A stretch of 64,000 nt of DNA from Phycisphaerae bacterium (GTDB lineage: Bacteria > Planctomycetota > Phycisphaerae > UBA1845). Location: NCBI GenBank assembly GCA_963666835.2, contig CAXXGO010000006.1, forward strand, positions 1,344,001 to 1,408,000, given 5' to 3'. The notes under the pieces are model-generated. The model was not told the origin of the DNA and did not search any database. It was given only the letters and a program-made list of their open reading frames with translations. The first letter of the stretch is position 1. The number at the start of each line of letters is the position of its first letter. Of the stretch, positions 28,789-38,204 are shown in pieces. The translations under genes and the position numbers were made by a program.

Positions 28789-29199
28789 ATGGCTAGAGTT
28801 CTCGCAATCGACGACGATCGGGATTTCTTGGACGCCGTACGCCTGATGCTCGAGAAGGAGCACTATGAGGTAGAGGTCGCGTGGACCCCGGACCAGGGGA
28901 TCGAGAAGGTCAAGACCGTCGCTCCGGATCTCGTCATCCTCGACGTCATGATGCCGAGTGATTATGAGGGGTTCGCGGTAGCGCGGAAGATACGTGAAGA
29001 CCTGAACATGCAGGATCTGCCGATCGTTATTCTGTCCTGTGTACACGAGAGAAAACCGGTACCGTACCGCTTCGCCCCCGATGAAAACTACTTGCCGGTC
29101 GATGTCTTTTTGGACAAGCCTATCGACACGGCGAGACTGCTGGAGACCGTCAACGGGCTTCTGGGTGAACAGCGTGAGGAGCCGAAGTACCCGTTGTAG
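28789..29199 (+). CDS. Single-domain response regulator (receiver)
   Basis: IDDD, PDLVILDVMMP, FLDKP. Confidence 0.92.
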   Translation: MARVLAIDDDRDFLDAVRLMLEKEHYEVEVAWTPDQGIEKVKTVAPDLVILDVMMPSDYEGFAVARKIREDLNMQDLPIVILSCVHERKPVPYRFAPDENYLPVDVFLDKPIDTARLLETVNGLLGEQREEPKYPL

Positions 29200-29504
29200 A
29201 CGACCGGAACCAGGCTCACGATGAACCGTCTGGTGGTGATGGCACCGTTGGTCAAGCGGGCCAGCAGAATAGCCGAGGCGATTGCCAGGCACACCAGGCA
29301 TACAATCCAGCTCCATAGCGCGATTCGAACGGCCGTCGTTGTTCCAAAACCTATATCCTCGGCGATATCGCCGAGAGTGTCGCGCGGGATAATGCCCGGC
29401 CGGTGCATCAGGTGCATCGCAACCGGCTCGAGCTGGGGTACCCACTGACCGCGCGCGTCCTTGATGCGTCCTGCGGTTGTCTTCTTCTCGGCCACGGCCG
29501 GCAT
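29088..29504 (-). pseudogene. Probable truncated membrane protein gene converging into the response regulator
   Basis: Natural-looking first ~100 aa with a TM helix, then read-through antisense into the regulator gene. Confidence 0.4.
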
Positions 29505-29690
29505 CTCTATGGTCCGCCGAGTTGCGTTGACGTCATCTTATCCGGTGGACGGGTTGGTTCAACGTAAGGCAATGCGCGGGTACGCACTCCTTGCCTGATG
29601 CCCTTGTCCCGCGATAATCGGGGAATCCAACGACCGCCGTTTGGAATAATGAGCAGTTATGAAATCCCAGGAAGTCACAGGGGAAACTCC

Positions 29691-30983
29691 ATGCTGAACC
29701 CGGAAGAAATCAGGCCGTATCTCCTGCACGAGGACGAGCACGTTCGCAGCGCGGCCGTCGAGTATTTCGCCGATATGTGGTGCCAGGACGAGGGGATCGT
29801 ACCGATGATCCTCGAGGCTTGCGACCGGTTTGGCGAGGAGAAGAACGTTCGTGGCGTGGTTGCTTGTCGACGGTTTCCAATAACGGAACAGACGTTTCTT
29901 GATTTGCTTGCACGCGTTCCCCGTTTGCCCGTGATCACCGGCATGATCGGTGTCAACGCTTCATATCACCTGGTCTGCGCAATCGCCGCAGCGCCGGTGG
30001 AGTTTCTGATTCAACATGAGCCGGTTGTCCTGGAGAACACTCGCCCATCAAAGGAGATGATGGAATTCGTTCGGCGTCGGCGAGAACTCGCTGCCTGGTC
30101 CGACCAACAGCTTTGGGAAGAACTTCAGGATTATGCTCGACGGGGGGACGAGGACAATGACGTTGACGATGTCGACCATTCCTACGTTAGTGCTCTGATC
30201 GAGGCACTAGTGCCTCGCGGTCTGCCGGACACCGCGACGCTTTGCACCCTCTTGAAGTCCCCGGAAACTGAACACAGTTGGCTCGAGATATTCCTGATCG
30301 GTTTGGCGGGTGAACGATGCGTTGATGAGGCGATCCCGATTCTCGTAGACAAGTTCCGTGTCGATGCAGACTTCATGCTGGAGCGATCTTCTGAGGCCCT
30401 CGCCAAGATGGGCAATCCGGAAGCCGTGCGGTTGATCAGAGAGGCGTTTCCGAACGAGTCGTGGACGTACAGGCTCTACACCTCGAGCCTGCTGGCGAAA
30501 ATGAAGGTCCAAGAGTCCGAAGACGCGGTCATGGCTTTGCTGGAGACTGAGAGTGACTTGACGATCCGCACGAACCTGTGTTTCGCACTGTGCAAGCTGT
30601 TCTCGCGCCGGGGGGTTGACGTCGTAAGGCAGGAGATTCAGACGCAATACGATTCGAGCGTTGTAGAGCTGGAGGAGGAACTGCTTCCGGTAGCTCAGGT
30701 TCTGGGTATTGACCTCCCTGAAGCCGACGAATGGCGACGGAAGCGCGAGGAAGGAGAGCAGCTTCGGGCTCAACGGCAGAAAGAACTGAGCGAACTTGGA
30801 GCCGGGTATGCTACATTGAAGAAGAAGGGCATCGACCCTGTTGCCCAACTCGGCTCGCCACCTCGCAGCCGAAAACCCGCGCCGACCATAACCTATCAAC
30901 GCCACGACGCCCGAGTGGGACGCAACGATCCCTGCCCCTGTGGTAGTGGGAAGAAACACAAGAAATGCTGCGGGAGGAAGTAG
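29691..30983 (+). CDS. HEAT-repeat-like protein with C-terminal SEC-C motif
   Basis: Helical repeats ([12 protein letters not shown]); ends [20 protein letters not shown]. Confidence 0.85.
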   Translation: MLNPEEIRPYLLHEDEHVRSAAVEYFADMWCQDEGIVPMILEACDRFGEEKNVRGVVACRRFPITEQTFLDLLARVPRLPVITGMIGVNASYHLVCAIAAAPVEFLIQHEPVVLENTRPSKEMMEFVRRRRELAAWSDQQLWEELQDYARRGDEDNDVDDVDHSYVSALIEALVPRGLPDTATLCTLLKSPETEHSWLEIFLIGLAGERCVDEAIPILVDKFRVDADFMLERSSEALAKMGNPEAVRLIREAFPNESWTYRLYTSSLLAKMKVQESEDAVMALLETESDLTIRTNLCFALCKLFSRRGVDVVRQEIQTQYDSSVVELEEELLPVAQVLGIDLPEADEWRRKREEGEQLRAQRQKELSELGAGYATLKKKGIDPVAQLGSPPRSRKPAPTITYQRHDARVGRNDPCPCGSGKKHKKCCGRK

Positions 30984-31469
30984 CCCTTCGTGCAGGGCGG
31001 CAGCGGTCTTCGGGGACTGATGTGAGTCGGGCGATGCTCCGGGCAAGGCCGCGCCGCTGCCGGTATCGGTGTACCGGCTCGCTTCGCCGGTCCCCTGCCG
31101 GGTTCAAAATGCTCCTTTGACTGAAAAACGCAATCCTGCAGCGACGGTACACACGCAGGTCAAAGCACGGGCAACCTCCCCCTCAAACCGGCCCCTTTTC
31201 CCGTCCCGTACGCAGGCCTGCGGGGCAATCCTCAGAGAATAGACAGGTTTTTCTTCCTTTCCGGGGCTGATTCCGTCATCCCGTCCGAACCTTCAGGTGA
31301 GATCGAGCTTTCACCTGCGGAGAGGACGCTACGCGGCGTCAATCCGGCGGTGAGATGTGCCGTTCGATCGGAGGTGGAAAGACGCTGCGCCGGCCCTTGG
31401 TTGGCCTGAAAACGCCACGGGGCAAGCGGCCTCGCCTCCGGTCGTTACCAGAAGAAAGAAGAAAAGACG

Positions 31470-34400
31470 ATGAAGGTGACCCAGACAAGAAGCTCTGCCC
31501 TGTTTCCGGTGTTTCTGGCCTGCGTATTCGCGGCGCCGGCCGCCTGCTTGCACTCTGTGCAGGCCGACACCTACGAATGGGTGAACATGTGGGGCGGAGA
31601 GTATGACAATCCGCAGAACTGGAGCCCGTCGGGCGTGCCGGGCAGTTCGGACGCCGCGGTCTTCGATCACACGCAGAACATCTTCATCCATCTCGCGGAT
31701 TCCGTCACCGCGAGCCGGCAACTGAGCGTCAAATCCGGAATAACCACCCTTCTGCTGGGCGTTCCGGGAGACGGCTGTGATGAGCCGGCGCTGTACCGCC
31801 TGCTCGGCTCGGGAGGGTTCATCAACGGCGCCGTCAGCATCGGGGGGCTTCCCGATGTCCCGGCGACTCTGCGTATTCGCGACACGGTTTCCTCATGCGG
31901 CCCGGACAGCTACGTCATTGCCGACGGGCTGCTCACGATTGCCCAGGCAGAGGACAGCATCGGCACCCTCGTACTCGGAGACAGCCGCGCGCAAGCCACT
32001 TTGTGGACCAGTGCCTATCCGGCCATAGTCGGGGTCAACGGCGACGGGTCGCTGGAGATCCAGGACGCCGACCGGATGAACAACAGCAGTGCGACTTTGG
32101 GTATGGGGGCCGGGGCGGTCGGCACGGCCTCGATCTGGGGCACCTGGACGAACAACGGTATCCTGACCATCGGCGATGGCGGGACCGGCACTATGTCGGT
32201 GTACCACACCGTTACCAACACCGGCGACGCCTACATTGCCAAGAAGCCCGGGTCGGTCGGCACGGTGAACGTAGCGCCGGATTGGGAGCAATCTTACGAC
32301 CCCCAAGGCTGGCAGTGCGAGGGTTCGCTGTATGTCGGCGGAGATGATCAGTCGCCCGGTGGCACCGGCTCAATCACCCTCAGTGAGTCCGGATTGATCC
32401 AGGTAGAACAGGAAACAACGGTTTGGAGTTCGAGTTCGATTGGCGTAAGCGCCGGGACCTTCCAGGCTAACGATGTGAACATCAGAGGCGGCGGCACGGT
32501 CTCGGTGGGCGGTGTCCTGGGGGATTGGATGGCCGCGACTTTTAACTGCACGAACCTGGAAATCTGGGCCGGCGGCATTCTCGATATTAACAGCGCTGAT
32601 GGGCACGTCGATTGCGACACGCTGCACTCGCTGGGGATGACCGAGGTTACCGGCGGGCACCTGCACGTTACCGATCAGTTCAGCGCGACCCCGAGTAGTG
32701 TGGTCCGTCTGTTACATGGCACGATCGCTGTTCCATCGCTTTCGGGTTTCCACGGAAGCCTCGTTTGGCAAAACGGCACCGTGAACGTCACGGCCGACGG
32801 AGTGGTCATCGATGACGGGGAGCCGCTGGGCAACGATCTCTCCATCGGTACGGCCACATCCCTTTCGGTTGCCGGCGAACTGGGCGTGGGCTCAGTTTCG
32901 AACGGAGTTATGACCATCACGTCCGACGGAGCCGTCACCAGCGGCACGGGCGCGGTGGGGAGCCTCTCCGGTGACGCCGTTACGGGCTACGCTGAAGTCT
33001 CCGGTCCCTTCGCAAGCTGGACGATGATCGGTGACCTGAGGGTCCGTGGCGTCAATGACGCGCGACTGTCATTACTCGACGGTGCGACCATGTCCAACGG
33101 CAGCGCGCACTTGGCCTCCAAAACGGGAACGACGGCAGAGGTCTCGCTCGACGCCGTGGGCACCGAGTGGAATTGTAGCGGCGCGCTGTACGCCGGAGGC
33201 GATTCGGCCACGGCCGGCGGAACGGGTACGCTCGACGTCGGCTACGGCGCCGCAGTTACCGTTGCCGGGAACATGAAGGTCTGGGATGACTTCGTCGTCG
33301 AGATCGACGACGGTACTATCATCACGACCGATCTCGACATCGCCGGCCAGGTCCACTCGTACAATACCGGTATGCTCGATATCCGCGGCGGCCGGGTCGA
33401 CATCGACGGCGCCGGGACGCTGGACAGTATGATCCTCGGCAACGGCTCGACTTCCGTGTTCCTTAACGATGCCGATGCGAGTTGGTCCATGCCGGGGCCG
33501 CTGTTGGTCGGTGCCACCGTTCAAGGCGTCGGACATGTCAATGAGTTGACACTTAGCCCCGGTGCCACAGTAACCGCGGCCGCTCAAGTTACCGTCCCGG
33601 ACAACGCCAAGCTGGCTCTTGCCGGCGGGACGATCAACGCGGCCGTTATCAACCTGTATGACTCCGACCTTATGGACCACGGCACGCTCAACGGCGATTT
33701 CCTGACAACCGGCTCGGTTCTGGCTACCGGCGATCTGGTGATTGGTGACGCCGATAGTAGCAGCGGTGTGCAGATCGGCGGCGAGATCGAGACCGGCAGC
33801 CACCGGGTAACCCTCCGCAAGCAGGGGGCACTGCTCGTCTCCAATCCGATTAGTATCGGCGGCGGCACGCTGACCGTGCCCGATGGTCTCAGGTTGACCG
33901 GCGGGGCCAATGTTACCGGCTTCGGCGTCATCGATACCCCTGACGATCCTGCAACACGGCTGATCAACGACGACTCCATCGTGGGGAGTTGGACCAGCCA
34001 ACGTATCGAGCTGACCGGATACGTTACGGGGCTGGGCTTGCTGAACAACGTGACTATCTTAGGCACCGACGATCCCACCTTCGCCGATCCGTCCGCCGTG
34101 GATCGTGGAAACGTGGATTACGTGGGCAAGCTCATCCTCTCAATCGAAGGTCTTATTGCCGGAACCCAATATGATCAGATAAACCACAGCGGTATCGCCG
34201 GGCTCGGCGGCGAGTTGATCGTTGAACTGATGAACGGCTTCGAGCCGCAGCCGGGCGATAGTTTTACGATTCTCACCTACGGCAGCCATACCGGCCAGTT
34301 CGACGTGTTGTCCCTGCCGGCGTTGATGGGCGATCTTTCGTGGCGTGTCGTCTACGGTCCGACCAGCGTCACGCTGACCATCGACGGCCCGCTCCCGGGC

Positions 34401-34580
34401 GACTGTGACACGGACGACGACGTCGATCTTGACGACTACGCGGGTTTCATGAACTGTCTCGCTGGTCCCGATACGGAGGCGCAGCTCGACTGTGCGTGCT
34501 TCGATGTAAACAACAGCGGGACCGTGGACCTGGCCGACTTCGCGCTGCTTCAAGCGTCATTCACCGGGGCCGGTTCTTGA
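31470..34580 (+). CDS. Large secreted beta-helix protein (T5SS/PEP-CTERM-associated-type repeats) with C-terminal dockerin-like domain
   Basis: Signal peptide; NPQNWSPSGVP; repeated W....L.VG..G.G.L; YDQI..GELIV..GDSFTIL; DCDTDDDVDLDDY and DVNNSGTVDLADF. Confidence 0.85.
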   Translation: MKVTQTRSSALFPVFLACVFAAPAACLHSVQADTYEWVNMWGGEYDNPQNWSPSGVPGSSDAAVFDHTQNIFIHLADSVTASRQLSVKSGITTLLLGVPGDGCDEPALYRLLGSGGFINGAVSIGGLPDVPATLRIRDTVSSCGPDSYVIADGLLTIAQAEDSIGTLVLGDSRAQATLWTSAYPAIVGVNGDGSLEIQDADRMNNSSATLGMGAGAVGTASIWGTWTNNGILTIGDGGTGTMSVYHTVTNTGDAYIAKKPGSVGTVNVAPDWEQSYDPQGWQCEGSLYVGGDDQSPGGTGSITLSESGLIQVEQETTVWSSSSIGVSAGTFQANDVNIRGGGTVSVGGVLGDWMAATFNCTNLEIWAGGILDINSADGHVDCDTLHSLGMTEVTGGHLHVTDQFSATPSSVVRLLHGTIAVPSLSGFHGSLVWQNGTVNVTADGVVIDDGEPLGNDLSIGTATSLSVAGELGVGSVSNGVMTITSDGAVTSGTGAVGSLSGDAVTGYAEVSGPFASWTMIGDLRVRGVNDARLSLLDGATMSNGSAHLASKTGTTAEVSLDAVGTEWNCSGALYAGGDSATAGGTGTLDVGYGAAVTVAGNMKVWDDFVVEIDDGTIITTDLDIAGQVHSYNTGMLDIRGGRVDIDGAGTLDSMILGNGSTSVFLNDADASWSMPGPLLVGATVQGVGHVNELTLSPGATVTAAAQVTVPDNAKLALAGGTINAAVINLYDSDLMDHGTLNGDFLTTGSVLATGDLVIGDADSSSGVQIGGEIETGSHRVTLRKQGALLVSNPISIGGGTLTVPDGLRLTGGANVTGFGVIDTPDDPATRLINDDSIVGSWTSQRIELTGYVTGLGLLNNVTILGTDDPTFADPSAVDRGNVDYVGKLILSIEGLIAGTQYDQINHSGIAGLGGELIVELMNGFEPQPGDSFTILTYGSHTGQFDVLSLPALMGDLSWRVVYGPTSVTLTIDGPLPGDCDTDDDVDLDDYAGFMNCLAGPDTEAQLDCACFDVNNSGTVDLADFALLQASFTGAGS

Positions 34581-34693
34581 GAGGGGTTGTCGAAAGGGGA
34601 CTCATTCTTAGCCCGGATCGCTGACCCAAGCGAACTCAAGGCCGCAATGGACCGAATCGCACGAAAACGTGACACGCGCGTGACTCGCGGGAC

Positions 34694-35396
34694 CAGCCCG
34701 CCAGGGCGGCAGCTCTGCCTAGCCCGCGGCGTGAGCCGCGGGATCGCGTCGCCATGTTGGCTTCAGCCCCGTCAGGGGCGGCACTTCGATACTCGAACAG
34801 GTCCCGGTGATCGCCAACATGCTTTCCCTATGATGCCGAATCACCGGCGTCCGATCCAAACCTCGATGTTCTCTGCCGCCCGCAAAATCTTGGCGCGAAA
34901 CGCCCGGACGTTTCCCCAAGCCTACGCCGTGGGGCTACAGGACGTGTCGCCCCAAGGGGCTGTCCGCCGCCGGCGTATGTTCGGAAGATGCACGTCGCGC
35001 AAGGGCTGCAAGGATGCCTGCGCTACGCGGAGGCAACGGCAGGTCTCGTGCCTCGACCGTGCCCTACCCCTGGCACCGCGGCTCTACCTACGCCGAAGGC
35101 GTTACGTCCTATAGCCCAGGGTTGCCGCGCAGCGGATACCCTGGGATCACGGCCACATAAAAGATGGACCCCAACGGGGTTGCGCCGTTGTTCAAGCCGG
35201 TTCGGGGTTAGCGCACCGGGGGGCTTTGTCGTGAAGCGCCGGCGTACGTTCGGAAGATGCACGTCGGGCAAGGGCTGCAAGGATGCCTGCGCTACGCAAG
35301 GGCTGCAGGCAAGGATGCCTGCGCTCCGCGGAGGCAACGGCAGGTCTCGTGCCTCGACCGTGCCCTACCCCTGGCACCGCGGCTCTACCTACGCCG
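34694..35396. repeat. Intergenic mosaic of REP-like palindromes with a ~128-bp direct duplication
   Basis: Inverted pair 34694-34784 / 34914-34962; direct copies 34968-35095 and 35237-35396. Confidence 0.8.
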
Positions 35397-35491
35397 TTGG
35401 CACTACGCCCAACCCGTGGGCGAGATTCGCTCCCTGGGCGCTTCCGTTCCAAAGGGCCGCCGGGCGCGAGGCTCTCGTTTCCGCAAAGCCC

Positions 35492-37312
35492 CTATTCGCA
35501 ATCGCAGGGGGCGCAGAACGGGTAGGGGCTGCCTTCGAACGCCCTCACCATTATCAGGATGTCCGCCATGTTTACCCACTCCATCAGATAGTAGATGCTG
35601 CACCAGGTTACCGGGGGGCGGTTGTCGTGCCATTGGAACGTTTGCATGGCGGCCATAAGGTCGTTCATATTCACGACCCCGTCCGGGACCTGCCAAACGC
35701 CGTCGAAGCCGCCGACGCAATCGCACCAGTACTTCGGATAGGGACTCGGGGTGGTGTCGATCGAAAGCGGATCCGATCGGCTGATAGGCTCCGTGGGGAC
35801 GACCGCCCTTATCCGGTAGCTCGCGGCCGGGACGATTCGGCAATCACCGACGCGCGCTATCGGCTCGGGCCAGAAGCGATAGATCGGCTCCGGGACTACT
35901 CTCGAGATCAAAGAGTTTTCGGGATCCGGAATGTCAACGTAACCCACCACGCCCGTGCAATCGGGGAAGAAGCTGCTATCCACCAGCTCCACCTGATACG
36001 CTACCGCGATATCGAGATCGCCGGGGACGAAAGAGATGAAACGGTTCTTGACCACATCATCCGGCCAGGCGGGCATGGTCGGCGGGGCAAGCTGACACTC
36101 GTCCGGTACCCCATCGGCGTCGCTGTCCGGGGAGCTTTCATCGGTCACGTCACAGCCGTCGAGAACGGTGTTTTGGTTACAGTCGTCGCACCACGGACTG
36201 CCGTCGCAATCGGCCAGATCGGTTTCGTCGGGGATGCCGTTGTGGTTGCAGTCCACCATTTCGCATTCGTCGGGAATGCCGGTTTCGTTGACATCCCACG
36301 AGGTTCCTTCGGCGATATCGCACTCGTCGGGAATGCCGTTAGGCTGGCAGTCAACGCTCGTAGCCTCAGCAATGTCGCAACTATCGGCCACGCCGTTTTC
36401 GTTGCAGTCCGGCTCGCACTCGTCGGGGATGCCGTTTCCGGTGCAATCCTCACTGGTGCCCGCGGCGATATCGCAATCGTCGGGGACGCCGTTGTCATTA
36501 CAGTCGGGTTCTTCGGGGCATTCGTCGGGAACGCCGTTGCCGTTGCAGTCTGCGCTGGTTCCATCGGCAATATCGCATTCGTCCGGAATGCCGTTGCCGT
36601 TGCAGTCTGCGCTGTCGCCTGCGGCGAGGTCACAGAAATCCCAGACCCCGTTCGCATTGCAGTCAGGGCGGTCTTCGGTTTGGCAGACGGCTCCGACGGT
36701 GATGTACTCTACGCTGAAGGTCCCGTCCAAATAGGGGCCGTTGGTGGCGTCTCCGAACGCGATCGTACTGTTGGTGCCGTAACTTGGGTATTCCAGCGCC
36801 AATGCGCCGTCGACGAACATAAAGGCCCGGTTGTTCGCCAGGACTTCCAGGCGATAGTCGTGAAAGGCGTCCGTCGTATCCATGGCCGTTGAATCGCTCA
36901 GGTCGCCCCAGCCGATTTCGTCCTCGTCGAAGTACAGAAGCTGTCCGCGATACGGCGCGCCCCACGGAGAGGTGAAACCGCCGAAGAACCCGATCGGGGC
37001 GTCATAGGCGTTGTGCGGGTCCGCAACGGCAATGACCCTCAGCCGAATCTCGATTGCGTAGCCGGCGGCCGGGTCGATGCCCACGTCGCGATAGAAGGTC
37101 ATCATCGGCTGACTGAGCGACGGCATTCCGATGGTGTTGAGGGTTAGCGCGGTTCCGTCCGTGGATACATCCAGCGGTCCGACGATCGTCGTGTGGTAAT
37201 CCCACCCTTGGTCCTGGGGCAAGGTCCCGCCGTCCAGGACGACGACATCCGCAAACGTCGCGGTCGCGACCATAAACACGGCCAAACTCGAAACTGCGAT
37301 AAGGCGAATCAT
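35492..37312 (-). CDS. Secreted protein with N-terminal beta-sandwich domain and many DCNxNGxPDxCD repeats
   Basis: Start ATG 37312 after GGAGG; signal peptide; about 9 Cys/Asp repeats; C-terminal DGVVNMNDL...VNMADI EF-hand-like pair. Confidence 0.85.
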   Translation of the reverse strand: MIRLIAVSSLAVFMVATATFADVVVLDGGTLPQDQGWDYHTTIVGPLDVSTDGTALTLNTIGMPSLSQPMMTFYRDVGIDPAAGYAIEIRLRVIAVADPHNAYDAPIGFFGGFTSPWGAPYRGQLLYFDEDEIGWGDLSDSTAMDTTDAFHDYRLEVLANNRAFMFVDGALALEYPSYGTNSTIAFGDATNGPYLDGTFSVEYITVGAVCQTEDRPDCNANGVWDFCDLAAGDSADCNGNGIPDECDIADGTSADCNGNGVPDECPEEPDCNDNGVPDDCDIAAGTSEDCTGNGIPDECEPDCNENGVADSCDIAEATSVDCQPNGIPDECDIAEGTSWDVNETGIPDECEMVDCNHNGIPDETDLADCDGSPWCDDCNQNTVLDGCDVTDESSPDSDADGVPDECQLAPPTMPAWPDDVVKNRFISFVPGDLDIAVAYQVELVDSSFFPDCTGVVGYVDIPDPENSLISRVVPEPIYRFWPEPIARVGDCRIVPAASYRIRAVVPTEPISRSDPLSIDTTPSPYPKYWCDCVGGFDGVWQVPDGVVNMNDLMAAMQTFQWHDNRPPVTWCSIYYLMEWVNMADILIMVRAFEGSPYPFCAPCDCE

Positions 37313-38204
37313 GATATGACCTCCCTGAGTTTGCACATGTTGCGGATTGGGGCAAACACGGACGTGGCCCGGCCTTTGGTCGGCCGGGCGAATCGCGTTG
37401 CCGCAATCTCAACCATAGCGAGCAGCCGCCGCGTCGGTTTCCGACTTCACGTTCCCCGCTCGGCAAACCGCTCGGCGCACTGTACCGCGCGTATTTGTAC
37501 GACTCAAGCGAAATAAGCTTGTTCAGAGCCGTTCAAGCCCCTCGCGCCTGGCTCGGAAGCCCGAGTGTAGGCTGGTGCGGCGATGATCGGCACGAGAGCG
37601 GACAGCTCGCAGACCAAGCCTACGCCGTATACGCCTTAGTGGGGTCTGCTCATCTGCAAAACGGGCACTCCGGACGGATTTTCTCGGATGTTCTCTTGGC
37701 AACGTCCGTTTTCGTGCCTACTATGTTCATGGGTGCCTATTGCTCGGGACCGAATGACGGGCTCGGCCTTCTTATTCGGAGAGCAGAGCGCGTTGGGGAC
37801 TTTAGGTGGGCATCCGGTAAGTGGTGACGCGCGCCCGGTCGCGAGTCTGGCAGGCATGCACTCGGATCGGCGTCCCGGTCGGTGGAATCCGGCTGGTGGG
37901 GGGTTCTTGTCGAGTCGAAGGTAACGCGCTGTCTTTTCTTTGGCGGAGCATTCCGCGCTTGGGCGCTAGGGGTACGGAGTGGTCGAGCTATTCATCCTCT
38001 CATTCGGAAGTTGCGGTCGACAACGGCATCGTACGCCACGAATACCTCCCACGCGGCGTCTTTCCGAACTCGGAATCGCAGCAACTCAATCCCGCCCGGC
38101 GCGATGCCGGCAAACGTTACGTATTGCCCAGCGGATTGTGGTGATTCGGGGGGCGCGGATTACGGAAGATACGTCACAGACTCTCGTCATTTATCATAGG
38201 GGGC

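Noticed and set aside
34968..35396. Direct repeats as a CRISPR array or as the start of ORF 34988..36892
   Set aside because: Only two long copies with no spacer periodicity; the ORF is repeat-derived and antisense to the real gene.
36100..36670. AAC-rich repeats as a diversity-generating retroelement template/variable pair
   Set aside because: They are in-frame coding repeats, I saw no adenine-specific mismatch pattern, and no reverse transcriptase is in the window.
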